From the NCBI RefSeq assembly GCF_009914755.1, contig NC_060937.1: 64,000 nt of DNA, one strand, 5' to 3'. The translations under genes and the position numbers were made by a program. This document shows positions 44,090 to 56,688 of the stretch, piece by piece. This DNA is from the human T2T-CHM13v2.0 reference genome, Homo sapiens. The notes beneath the pieces were generated by a model that saw nothing but the letters and a program-made list of their open reading frames with translations, made no database searches and was not told the DNA's origin. The stretch's first letter is position 1, and each line of letters starts with the position of its first letter.

Positions 44090-44265
44090 CATTACTTTGG
44101 GATTCATCAGTCCTACTACTGGGTATTTATCCAAAGGAACCAAAATTACTATTTCAAAGAGATACCTGCACTCTCATATTTATTGCTGCATCGTTAATCA
44201 CAACAGCCAAGATATGGAGTCAACCTAAGTGTCCATCAACAGATGAATGGACTTTTTAAAATGTG

Positions 44266-44315
<50 letters not shown>

Positions 44316-44790
44316 GAATACTATTCAGCCTTAAAAAAGAGGAAATTTTGTCATTTGTGACAACATATATGAATCTAGAGGACATTATGCTAAGTGAAAA
44401 AAGCCAGCCACAGAAAGACAAATACTGAATGATTTCACTTATATGTAGAATCTAAAAAAGTCAGACTCTTAGAAGTAGAGAATAGAGTGGTGGTTACCAG
44501 ACGGTAGGGAGGAGGGGTGGTGGGGGAGATGTTGGTCAAAGGGTACAAAGTTTCAGTTAGACAGGAGGAATAAGTTCTGGTGATCTGTTGCACAGCCAGG
44601 TAACTATAGCTGATAATGAGGTATCATATAGTTCAAAATTGCTGAAAGTGGATTTTAAATGTTCCCACCACAAAGAAAAGTATTTGAGGCAATGGATATG
44701 TTAATTAGCTTGATTTGCTCTTGTCATAGTGTATACATATATTGAAACATCACATTGTACCCCATAAATGTATACAATTATTTAAAGAAA
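44090..44790 (+). mobile_element. L1MA 3' end with internal (TA)n(CA)15 microsatellite at 44266-44310
   Basis: CTACTGGGTATTTATCCAAAGGAA...CAACCTAAGTGTCCATCAACAGATGAATGG...GGGTACAAAGTTTCAGTTAGACAGGAGGAATAAG. Confidence 0.88.
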
Positions 44791-45021
44791 AATGTAAAAA
44801 AAATATTGCTTGGTGACTCCTTATTTGCTGTGGTAATCCTTTAATTCCCTCAAAGGTAAAAAAATAATAGAAACATACCAAAATATATACTTATATATGC
44901 AGATTTTTTTTAATGTTGCAAAATAAGTTTCCACTTTCTTAATTTTTTACTTTGGAAAAAGTAATGCTAAAGCAAATGAAGAGTATAAAACATAGGATTT
45001 TTCACTTAAAATGTCTTACAG

Positions 45022-45087
45022 GCACTAACATAAATAGTGACTCTCCAGTTGGAAAAAAGCTGACCATTCATTCTGAGAAAAGCGATG
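45022..45087 (+). CDS. BORA: BORA exon 6 (C-TNINSDSPVGKKLTIHSEKSD)
   Basis: CAG acceptor, G|GTGAGT donor, 66 nt, phase 1 to 1. Confidence 0.94.
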
Positions 45088-45193
45088 GTGAGTATGAACA
45101 CAATTTGAAAAGAAGGATGTTCCATATTAAGCTACATTGAATTCTAAACCCAGTTCAGGTAGTAACACTTTACTCTGGAATTGAAATTGTTTC

Positions 45194-45558
<365 letters not shown>

Positions 45559-45989
45559 TGAGAGCTGACCTTTAAAAACAAGTATAGTAGAACAGATGCA
45601 TCCAGCCATGTTTTAGAAATAGCACTAGTGTTTTGTTTTCTTGTTCAAAGCATGTGAATTGATTTCTGGTCTTGGAAAGCATTCTTTTGAAAATTGGTTA
45701 ATGTGAGAAATCTCCCCCCAGATATAGGCTGGCTTCCTTTTCAAGTGCCAGTACCAGAGCCAGGAGTTAACTTTTACTATTAACACGTTTACACCAGTTG
45801 CGGAGAGTGTGGGAAACCACTTCTAGAAAGGTGGCAGGGTATGTGATAGAATGCAGAAATGAATAATTCCATTTGGCTGGAACATCACGGGGAGATGATT
45901 GACTGGGCAGCACATGCTGAATTGTATAGTGTATACTTTCATTGATTTATCCCATGTTTGAATTTGTTTATTTATTTGCTTGTTTCCAG

Positions 45990-46046
45990 CTGCTTGTCAG
46001 ACATTGCTGTCTCTTCCTGTGGATTTTAATTTAGAAAATATATTAG
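45990..46046 (+). CDS. BORA: BORA exon 7 (A-ACQTLLSLPVDFNLENIL)
   Basis: TTTCCAG acceptor, G|GTAAAT donor, 57 nt, phase 1 to 1. Confidence 0.95.
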
Positions 46047-46465
46047 GTAAATACTGTATTTGTTTAAACTTTTAATAACTTGAACCAAAGGTTTTGTTTG
46101 GCTGGCTTTTTGTAAATGGTAACATGGGAAATATGTGGCAGTGCCTCTTTCTAAAGAAGTGGGGAAACTGCCCTGAAATTTCTCTTTTTCTTGAACATGG
46201 TTTGAACTAGCCTTATTATCATAGTGAACTTTATTACTATAGACAGAAACTATAAACATTTTATTGATATTATACTAACAATGTAGCACTTAAAAACTAA
46301 GGAATAATTTAAGATGTAAAACATCAAATATGCAATTAAACTTTGCCCTCTTTTTGGGAAAAAATTCAAACATAGTGCATGCTGGCTTCTTAAAAGTTGA
46401 GTAACAGAAGTATAATTGCCCTTTAAAATGACTAGCTTTGCCTTTTCTCCTATTATTAAATATAG

Positions 46466-46692
46466 GTGACTATTTTAGAGCTGATGAATTTGCAGATCAA
46501 TCTCCTGGAAACCTCAGTTCTTCATCCCTCAGAAGAAAGCTGTTTTTAGATGGGAACGGAAGCATCTCCGACTCCTTACCTTCGGCTTCTCCCGGAAGTC
46601 CTCACAGTGGTGTTCAAACATCACTAGAGATGTTTTATTCAATAGATTTGTCTCCTGTAAAGTGTAGGAGCCCCTTGCAGACACCAAGTTCG
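46466..46692 (+). CDS. BORA: BORA exon 8 (includes the LRRKLF cyclin-docking motif)
   Basis: TAG acceptor, TCG|GTGAGA donor, 227 nt; inside track ORF 46438-46740. Confidence 0.96.
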
Positions 46693-46731
46693 GTGAGAAG
46701 TATACTAAAAAGCAGTTGGCTAATATGCTGT

Positions 46732-46910
46732 CAAGCTTGAACCCACATTTTGTTGTTGTTCTATCTTAGGCTTTCAGCAGCCTGAAGCCATGGTTGCTTT
46801 CTGTCTCTAGTAAATAAGTGGAAAAGAGGGATGAGGAAGGGCCTTTACTGGCCTAACCAGAAACAGAAACTAAGAACTCATGACTGTATTCTCTCCCTTG
46901 GACACCCCTG
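46732..46910. mobile_element. Short hAT-type MITE (recalled as MER107-like)
   Basis: Ends CAAGCTTG... and ...TTGGACACCCCTG; degenerate 8-bp flanks TATGCTGT / TGAGCTGC. Confidence 0.55.
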
Positions 46911-47428
46911 TGAGCTGCCCAGATTGCTTTCAGAAGGAGGGATGGTTGTCTTTTGAGTATTATGCTTCACAGAAACTAACTCTAGTTCGTATGTTATCAT
47001 TAGTCATAGGGATGTTTTAGGTCAGACTCTTCAATTTTGTATTTAGATATGTACAGGATGACCAGATTTATCATGAGTCTCAAGGAAATTCAGCATAGGT
47101 TATTTACTAAAGTGTGTGAGATTTACAGTATAATACAACTGGCTTGGCATTAATAAATTTAAAAATTTTTCACAGATGGTTGCTTAGTGTGAAACTTAAT
47201 GGTTTGTTCAAATACAATGTGTTTATATTTTGACTAACATATTTGATACTATTTCAGAATTTTTGTAGCAATCTTCTTAGTTGTCTTTGTTGCAAGGTGT
47301 CTTTTGGTGGTTCTCGTGAACTATTACTAGTTTATAAGTGTGTTTTGAAGACCATGATAAATAGCATGCAGCATAAGAGTTAAGGAAGAGAACCATATAC
47401 ATTTATTTACTATTTAATTTTATTACAG

Positions 47429-47561
47429 GGGCAGTTTTCTTCTAGCCCTATTCAGGCTAGTGCAAAAAAATACAGCTTGGGAAGCATAACTAGTCCTTCG
47501 CCTATTTCTTCACCCACTTTCTCACCAATTGAATTTCAGATAGGAGAGACTCCACTCTCAG
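47429..47561 (+). CDS. BORA: BORA exon 9 (GQFSSSP...; S252 PLK1 polo-box docking site)
   Basis: CAG acceptor, G|GTATGT donor, 133 nt. Confidence 0.96.
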
Positions 47562-47985
47562 GTATGTCTCATAATAAAATACCTAGTTAAAAGTTTTATA
47601 CTATCAATATTTGTTATTAGAGAGGTTCTTTTAATTTGTCTTAATGATAGAGCTCAAAATGATCACTAACCTTCTAACATTTAGGAACTTTGATTTTTAA
47701 ATAAAAGAACAGTTTACCTTCAAAGGCTGGAATTCTCACCAGTTTGTACTGTAGTGTTAAATATAGTTACTTTAATTAGCAATATTTACATCAAACACTA
47801 TCAAAGGAAATTTAGCAATTTCCATTTGTGCTATTGTTTTTGACATCACAATTTCACTTTGGTAAACAACACAACTGTTACAGAAATGCAGTTTTTCCTG
47901 GCATGAAACATGATTACCATTTAGTAGTGACTTTTCCATTTTCATGTTTTTATGATGTGATTTTTTTTCCCTTCCCACCTTTCAG

Positions 47986-48596
47986 AACAAAGGAAGTTTA
48001 CTGTTCATTCTCCTGATGCTTCATCTGGAACAAATTCTAATGGGATAACTAATCCGTGTATCAGAAGTCCTTATATAGATGGCTGCTCGCCAATTAAAAA
48101 TTGGTCTCCTATGAGACTTCAGATGTATAGTGGTGGTACTCAGTATCGGACCTCAGTGATTCAGATACCTTTTACTCTTGAGACTCAAGGTGAAGATGAG
48201 GAAGATAAAGAGAATATTCCTTCCACAGATGTCTCATCACCCGCCATGGATGCTGCTGGAATACACCTACGGCAGTTTAGTAATGAGGCTTCTACCCATG
48301 GTACACATTTGGTTGTGACTGCCATGTCTGTTACACAAAATCAGTCCAGTGCTTCTGAGAAAGAATTAGCACTGTTGCAGGATGTTGAAAGGGAGAAAGA
48401 CAATAACACTGTGGATATGGTTGATCCTATAGAGATAGCAGATGAGACCACTTGGATTAAGGAGCCGGTTGATAATGGCAGTTTACCCATGACTGATTTT
48501 GTAAGTGGCATTGCCTTCAGTATTGAAAACTCTCATATGTGCATGTCACCTCTTGCTGAAAGCAGTGTCATTCCTTGTGAAAGCAGTAACATTCAG
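47986..48596 (+). CDS. BORA: BORA exon 10
   Basis: TTTCAG acceptor, CAG|GTAAGG donor, 611 nt open frame overlapping track ORF 48111-48671. Confidence 0.96.
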
Positions 48597-49018
48597 GTAA
48601 GGTATTTAATATTCTATAGCCCCTTCCTCACTGCCTTGGTGTTCTTTATCCTTTCTAAGATTATAGTATAAGAAAGATAATGGATTAAACATGAGGACTA
48701 CAGTATTATATAATATTTTTTAAAAATATTAATACCAAGTGATATGAGAAGAGTAAATTTATTTTAATTATGACAGATAAGGCATATTTTATATTCACAT
48801 TAACTGATATTTGTATGGAGTAGGAAAAGGTAAGAGCAGAAAAGAAATTAGCCTGCTCTAGAGAAATCAATCCTGCTAGAGTCAGGCAGGATTCATCACT
48901 GTTTCATGTGGATCCAGTCCCCCAAAACATGCAAGGTCTGGTATAGTATTTGCATTCTAAAAATAAAATCATTTTTGTTTTTCCTTTATGTGATTTAGGG
49001 GGGATAAAAAGAGTTTAG

Positions 49019-49318
<300 letters not shown>

Positions 49319-49574
49319 TAGAGTTCTTTTATGTATGCATTTTTGTGCTTTTCTTTTAGAAACATGATTTATAGCAACATTTTTCATGAAATTATACATT
49401 TCCAATTTTGCAATGTCTCTGACAACAGGAAAACCTGATTCATTTAACAGATACGTATACTTCATAATTAGCACTTTGGAAAGGCATTTGTTCCATTCAT
49501 TGTTGTGTTCTTTGAGCTGAGAATTTTGAAGGAACTTCTTTAGAAGTTCTGACTTTAGTCAGAAGGGGATAGCA

Positions 49575-49820
49575 ATAACATCTAACACTAACGTAGCATT
49601 ACTATGTGCCAAGTCCTATTCTGAGACCTTTACATGTTTTACTTTGTTGAATTTTTACAGCAATCCTGTGAGGTATGTGTACTGTTATCCCTGTTTTACA
49701 GATGAGGAAACTGAGGATCAGAGAGGTTAAGTAAATTACCTAAAGTTTCTATACAACTAGTAAGTGGAAGAGCTGAGATTTGATCCCAGCAGTCTGGCTT
49801 TAGAGTCCATGTTCTTTAAT
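49575..49820 (-). mobile_element. MIR SINE (approximate ends)
   Basis: TTTTACAGATGAGGAAACTGAGG.TCAGAGAGGTTAAGTAA core. Confidence 0.85.
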
Positions 49821-51955
49821 CCAAAAGTTAATACTGACTTATAATAATAGCTAATACGCACATAGTGTTTTGATATACCAGGCACTCTTCTAACCACTTT
49901 ATTAATTCATTTAATTCTCACACCAACTCTATAAGGCTTTAGTGTTGTCAGTTTTGGCATGCTGAAGTTAAAACTCAGGGAAGGATTCTAAATGACCCAA
50001 AATTAAATATAGTATTTTGCTCATATTTTTATGCTTCTGTTGCCTATCCTGACTTACAGCTTCATTGCTCAAAAAAGATTATACTAGAATCACTTTTACA
50101 TATTTTAGCTTCTCTAAAGTTGGTTTCATAAATAGAAAAAAGCACATATAGGCTTAAAAGTATATGCCTTAAAGGCATTGTTTGCTGCTTTTACTCTCTG
50201 CCTTTTTTCACTTTCTCTCTCTCTCTCTCTCTCTTTTTTATATAGAGGAATTACAAAATACTTTTGTTGAAATACACCTTAATCATCATCTAATCCAACT
50301 AACCTTTGGAAGCCGTGGGTAGCATATTCTCCCATAATTGTAGTCACTACTAACTTGTCAAACTATCTATGCTTAATTACACTTGCAGGGCTATTCCATT
50401 CATTTTTTAACTTCTCTTACTATTACAACCTCTTCCTTCTATTGGGTAAAAATATGTTATGTGATACCCCCCAAGCAGTCTCAGTTTTACTCTCTGGGCC
50501 ATAACATCATAATGTCTACTAAAAATGTTTCATACATTACATTTCTGCCACATGGTTAGCTTTCTGCTAGCTTTCTGAGGAAGAGTACATTTCTAAAGAC
50601 ATTGCATGTGTGATCATGTGTCCGTCTCTCACATTTGAGAGTTCAGAAATGTCCTTCAGAGTTTGAAGGCATTGCTTCCATTTCAGTGAGAGATCTGAAG
50701 CTATTTCAGTGCTTAATCTTTTGTTTATGATCTCTTTTTATCCCCAACTCCCTGGACATGGATAGGCATTTTTCTTTGTCTACAGGGTTCTGAAATTTCA
50801 GTGATGTCCTTTAATGCGGGTTTCTTTCCATCCATTATACTCTTCACTCAGAATGCCCTTACAGTCTGTAAACTTACTCCCCTCACTTCTTGGATCTTTT
50901 CTTGAATAATATCTTAGATTTCTCCTCTGCTGCTTCTAGTGTTCTCTCTGGAGCAACTTTTGATTCTCCAATTTCTAAAAATCTTTTTTTTTTAAATCTC
51001 CTTTTTTGAATTTTTGGGCAATTTCCTCCAGTTTATATAATAACCTTTCTATTGAGTTTTTTATTTTCTACACTTTTGAAATGCGTTCGGTACTAATTTT
51101 AAAAGTCTGCAATGTGGCTGGCAAGGCCGGTCTTTCTACTCTCCAGCTTGTTTCCTTCATTCTCTGTTTAGGTCCCACTAGCTTTCCAAAGTTTTAAAAA
51201 GCCACGTTTTCTCTTGTTACAGGGCCTTTTTGCACATGCTATGTAGCATTTCTATCCCATTTTACTTAGTTAACTCCTATTTATTTTTTTCATTGACAAC
51301 TTATTGATTACATCCTCAAGCCTTCCCAGATCACATTAGCCAGGCCAGACCTCATTATATGCTTTCATGATTCCATGCACATTTTGCATTCTTTCCAATC
51401 AGACCACTAATGCAGCAGTCATGCATGTTTTTATCCCCAGTGCTTATTAAAAAGAACCCGTCACGTAATAGCCGCTCATTAAATATTTGTGTAACAAAAA
51501 CAGAACGAATACGTAGGTTAAGTTCAACCAGAGGGATGGTATTTACTGAGAGTAACGGGGAGCCAGGATTTGGAACTCTGAAGAAGAATTGAGAGGGATC
51601 AGGTAAAGGAAGTACAGCCCCTGAAGGAGACTGAAAAGAACCAGCCAAAGAGGAGAAAGGGACACTTAGAAAGCACAGTGTCATGAAGCATTTTAAGCAG
51701 GAAAGAATGGTTAGCATTGCCAAAATAGGAGCAAGCAACATTGGGCTTGAAAAGGGGCTAATGGACTAATAAGAAAAGTAATTAATAACTGAACAGCCTC
51801 AAGGTGAATGGAAGGAAGGTTAAAGAAGAAGTAATGAAATAACGTGTGTAGATAACTCTGGAGTTTAGTTGTGAAGGGAAAGAAAATGATACCTAGAGAA
51901 GAGCATCAAAGTCAGATCTTTTTGTAGTTTGCTTTTTTACTTTGTTTTTACTTAA

Positions 51956-52071
51956 CCCATTTATGCCTAAGGTTGCAATTTTTTGAATTTTTGCAATCAG
52001 ACCTTGGCGATGACCTTGAACAACAGGGTATAAGTAACTCCCACATGCTTAGTGTTCCAGTAATGGAACAC
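51956..52071 (-). mobile_element. MER85 piggyBac (PGBD3-derived) MITE lacking one terminal repeat
   Basis: TTAA (51952-51955) + CCCATTTATGCCT TIR, CAGACCTTGGCGATGACCTTGA core, palindrome GTGTTCCA-GTAA-TGGAACAC at 52052-52071. Confidence 0.88.
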
Positions 52072-52624
52072 AGAAGAAACAGCATACAGCATTTAAATGA
52101 AGAGAGAGAAGATTTTTAAAAACTAGGAGTTGGGCAGCATAATTATTAATATAATTATTAATAGGTATCAGTCACATGTCCTTTTCAAGTACCAGAGACC
52201 ATGCCAAGCATTTTACAGTCAGAAGCTAATCCCTGTAATACCTTACAGATATAATAGATATCGTCATCTGTCAAATGGTGATCTGTTTTATAAATGAGGG
52301 AACTGAGGCATGCAAGAGGGGGTAGAATCTAGAACCCTGATAGGAGTAGCCGCAGTAACTCCTCCATGTTTAAAGGAGGGCAGGGTGCCAGGATGGGTGT
52401 GGGTGCAAATGTATTTAGTTGAGGCGCGAGCATGGCATTAAAGAACATGGGCTTGGGAAACCGTAATGGCAGATTTCAGTTTATAGCCCAGCTCTGTTAG
52501 CTTTATAAATCCCAGAAAGTGACAGTTTCTTTCAGCTTGTTTCCTCTTCTTTAAATGGGGATAATAATAGGATTACAGGATATTAGCATGATCATTGTGA
52601 TTAATATAAGTAAACAGTGCCTGA

Positions 52625-53350
52625 ACACTGTTGGTGGGAATATGAATTAGTACAGCTATTATGGAAGTTCCTCAAAAAACTAAAAATAGAACTACCATGT
52701 GATCCAGCAATCCCACTAGTAGGTATATATCCAAAGGAAAGGAAATCAGTATGTCAAAGAGATACCTGTACTCCAGTGTTTATTGCTGCACTATTCATAA
52801 TAGCCAGAATATGGAATCACCCTAAGTGTCCACTAATAGATGAATGGATAAAGAAAATGTGGTATATATACACAATGGAATACTATTCAGCCATAAAAAA
52901 TAATGAAGTCCTTACATTTGCAGCAACATGGATGAACTGGAGGACATTAAGTGAAATAAGCCAGGCACAGAAAGATAAATACCACATGTACTCCCTCATG
53001 TGGAAGCTAAAAAGGTTGATTTCATAGAAGAGTATAGAATAGTGGTAGGTAGTAGAGGATGGGAAGGGTAGGGGGAGCAGGGATAGGGAGAGGTTGGTTA
53101 ATGGATACAAAAGTACAGCTCGATAGGAGTAATTCTAGTGTTCTATAGCTCTATACGGTGAGTGTAATTAACAATTTATCGTATATTTTCAAATAGCTTG
53201 AAGAGCAGATTTTGAAAGTTCCCAACGCAATGATAAATGTTTGAGTTAATGGATATGCTAATTACCCCAATTTGATCATTACATATTGTAAACATATCAA
53301 AATATCATGTACATCATAAATATGTGTAATTGTGTGTCAGTTTAAAATAA
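52625..53350 (+). mobile_element. L1MA 3' end
   Basis: Track ORF 52617-53027 is the L1 ORF2 C-terminus (FLKKLKIELPCDPAIPL...WIKKMWYIYTMEYYSAIK), followed by an L1MA-type 3'UTR. Confidence 0.9.
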
Positions 53351-55161
53351 TAATAAAAGCAAAAACATAAGTAGTAATGGAAGGCAAGGTCCTTTGAATG
53401 GTAACAAACAAGGGGGACTGAGAATGATGAGGGAAGGGCTAAAGTGCTGGGCCCAGATGTCAAGGAATGTTATCACAGGGCACAACTGTTGCCAATTGAA
53501 AGTTTTAAAAGACAATGACATCTGATTTATGTGGTAGAAAAATAAATTTAGTAACAAAGTGCATGTTAAATGACTGACATAGAGACACCATTTAAAGGCA
53601 CCATGACCCAACTGGAACATAAAGTTTGCAATTAGAACCAAGTTTGAATTAGAGTTCTTTTATTTCCAGGCTGTGGGATCTTAAGGCAAGATTTACATAG
53701 CAGTGAATAGAACATGACTTTTTAATTTTTGTCCCCTCATCCTTCTTAGCTATAAAGTGAGATTGATGCCTGCCTTGATGCCTGTGGGGGATAACAAGGT
53801 ATCTGTTGCCTGGTTGGTACATATTAGGCATTGACATTAGCAGAAGTCTAGATGAGAGACAGTGAAGTCAGCCACCATCTCAACTTGGCTCTCATCAATC
53901 CTGCTCTTCCCATAGTGTGGGACAAACTCCCCGCATGCCTTACTTCCTGCTGTACTAATGAGTAACTCTTCCCTCCATATATATCCAGTTACATATTAGT
54001 ATTGCATTATAAGCCAGCTATTTGGCAGTGATGAATATTAGAAGGAAGAGCTATTGGCAGAATCTCTGGGAGCAATCTGACATTTATATTTTTGATCAAG
54101 TAGCTATTGAATGATAGCAGAACAAGGCTTTTCCCCAAAAATGTTACACATCACAAGGCTTTTGTTCTAATTGGAACATGACCTCTAGTAGTAAGCAGAT
54201 ATGTATCCAGCCTTGAAATCTGGGAACATTTTTTCAGGATTATTAAGTGATAGAGTGCCGTTTCTAGGCTAGTCTGTACCTTTGTGAGGGAAACAAAATG
54301 ACAGTCAGCTTTTTCCTTCCCTCTGATCCTAACTTGCAGGGAGGGCTTAAATGCAAAATGATTCCCTTGTGGATTGCTTTCTTTGGTGCTCAGCATTATA
54401 CAGGTAAATGGAGCGTTGTGCAGTGAACAGAACCTGGACTTAGGTCTCACATCTTCATCACCTCATCACTGGATGACATTGTGAAAGTTAAGCTTTTTAA
54501 GCCTTAATTTCCTTCTCTAGTAAAGTATTAGGGTTGTTGAAAGGAGAAAAAAATATTAAATATATAGAGATAGTGCCTGGCCTTTTTAGACACTCAATAA
54601 ATGTTTCCAAGCTGGAAGTTCGCTAGAATCTTTCTTTTTTGCTCTTTTGCACTGAAACAGTGTATCTTAGGATGCTACAATTTTTATTAACATGAAAAGC
54701 TGAACTAACATCTAGAGCCATTATATATGTGGCATTATTGTGAACAACTAGGTGTAAATATAATATAATCCACTTTTTTAAAGGCAGCATGCCTCAAGCC
54801 ATTTAGAGACAAGCCTGGAAAATGCGTTGGAAGGTGAAGTTAGTTGTAATACTCATTTTTGTCTACTAGGTACGATCACAAAATAACAGGAAAGCATTGT
54901 GTCAGTAGGCTGTTCACTGATTCTTAAGGAAGTTACAAGATATATTTCATTGGAAGGAATTGTAAAATGACTACAATAATCAGTACTATGCAGGACTACC
55001 TTTTATATTTGTGCATTACTTTTGAATTTTGTTCAACATGATCAATATTACATGTTAGGATCATTCAGATGTAGTGAATGAGAGTTTATAGTGGTTTACT
55101 TATTTAAATATTTGACTTTTAAGTTCCTCACAATATATTTTTTTCTTTTTTCTCCTGTCAG

Positions 55162-55293
55162 ATGGATAGTGGCTATAATACGCAGAATTGTGGAAGCAAT
55201 ATTATGGATACAGTTGGGGCAGAAAGTTACTGCAAAGAAAGTGATGCACAAACATGTGAAGTTGAGAGTAAATCTCAAGCATTTAATATGAAG
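55162..55293 (+). CDS. BORA: BORA exon 11 (starts MDSGYNT: beta-TrCP phosphodegron D496-T501)
   Basis: Long polypyrimidine tract and CAG; AAG|GTACGG donor; 132 nt, phase 0 to 0. Confidence 0.96.
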
Positions 55294-55624
55294 GTACGGA
55301 GAAAATATAGTGAAAGCTTAATATTGTTTAGATTAGAAATATAAAATAATTTTGATTATTAGACAATAGTACTATTGAGAAACTATATGAAATTTAAAAC
55401 ACTAAAAGGTAAGCCTGTTTTCTTAACATCCAATAACCTTTAAATATTTTGGTTACTCTGAATACACAAGTATCTTACATACTACAAAGTGTGCAAAGGT
55501 AGCGTGTATTTGATGAGGGCATTTACTGAACCTTCCAGGTGGTGGTTATATATTCATACTTGAAGAAACTCATCATAATTTCAGGCACTAGTCAGGACAG
55601 TCTTTAATTTTATGTGCCAATTTT

Positions 55625-55945
55625 TTTTGCATTTTATTTTTTTGTAGAGACAGGGCCTGCTGTGTTGCCCAGGCTGGTCTCAAACTCCTGGTGTCAAGCA
55701 GTCTTTCTGCCTCAGCCTCGCAAAGTGCTGCGCGATTACAGGCATGAGCCAACATGCCCAGCCTTGTATGCCGTTTCTTTTTTTTCTTTTTTTTTTTTTT
55801 TGAGACAGGGTCTTACTCTGTCACCCGGGCTGGAGTGCAGTCGTAGAATCAGATCACTACAGCCTTGAACTGCTGGGCTCAAGCAATCCTCCTGCCTCAC
55901 CCTCCTGAGTAGCTAGAACTACAGGTGTGAACCACCTTGCCCTGC
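55625..55945 (-). mobile_element. Two old Alu monomers (FLAM-like left arm 55625-55762; right-arm fragment 55775-55945)
   Basis: Diverged single Alu arms, each preceded by a T-tract. Confidence 0.8.
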
Positions 55946-56174
55946 TGTTATATGCCAGTTTCTTATAAAATACTATAAATATCAGCAAATGTGCAACAAA
56001 TGTTTAATAGGGAGGCCACCTTAGTTTTCCTTTCTGTTGTATGTAGTAGGAGCAAACTGCCTTTCTGTTGTATGTAGTATCAGAGCAGGTCTCTTCTAAT
56101 ATTAACCTGAACAAAATCCATCCTATTTCAGGATGCAGTTGTCTATCTAAACATAAGTAGAGATAAATGAAGGA

Positions 56175-56458
56175 TTTTTTTAAATTTTATTATTTTATTT
56201 TTTTTGAGACAAGGTCTCATTCTGTCACCCAGGCTAGAGTGTAGTGGCACGACCACAGCTCACTGTAGCCTTCACCTCCCAGACTCAAGCAGTCTTACCA
56301 CCTCAGCCTCCTGAGTAGCTAGGGCTACAGGCATGTGCCACCACACCCAGCTTTTTAAAATTTTTGGTAGAGACAGGGTCTCACTATGTTGCCAGGGCTA
56401 GTCCCAAACTCCTGGGCTCATGCGATCCTCCCACCTTGGCCTCTCAAAGTGTTGGGAT
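56175..56458 (-). mobile_element. Alu SINE (AluJ-like)
   Basis: Diverged reverse-complement Alu dimer. Confidence 0.88.
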
Positions 56459-56622
56459 GCTTTTTGATGCAGAATATTGATTTATAAAATACTGTATCTT
56501 TACTGTCCCTTCAGAGTTCAGCTAAAGAAACGTGCTTTTAGGTTTTAAAAACAGTCCCGATAATTGCATCCTCCAGTGGTCCTACTTAAACTGAAAACAA
56601 GGTATTGTCTTCTTTTTCACAG

Positions 56623-56688
56623 CAAGACCACACAACACAGAGGTGTTGGATGAAAACAGCAAGCCCTTTTCAATGCAGCAGTCCATAG
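56623..56688 (+). CDS. BORA: BORA exon 12 coding part (QDHTTQRCWMKTASPFQCSSP*)
   Basis: TTTTTCACAG acceptor; TAG at 56686-56688; coding exons sum to 1680 nt = 559 aa + stop. Confidence 0.96.
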   Translation, partial: QDHTTQRCWMKTASPFQCSSP

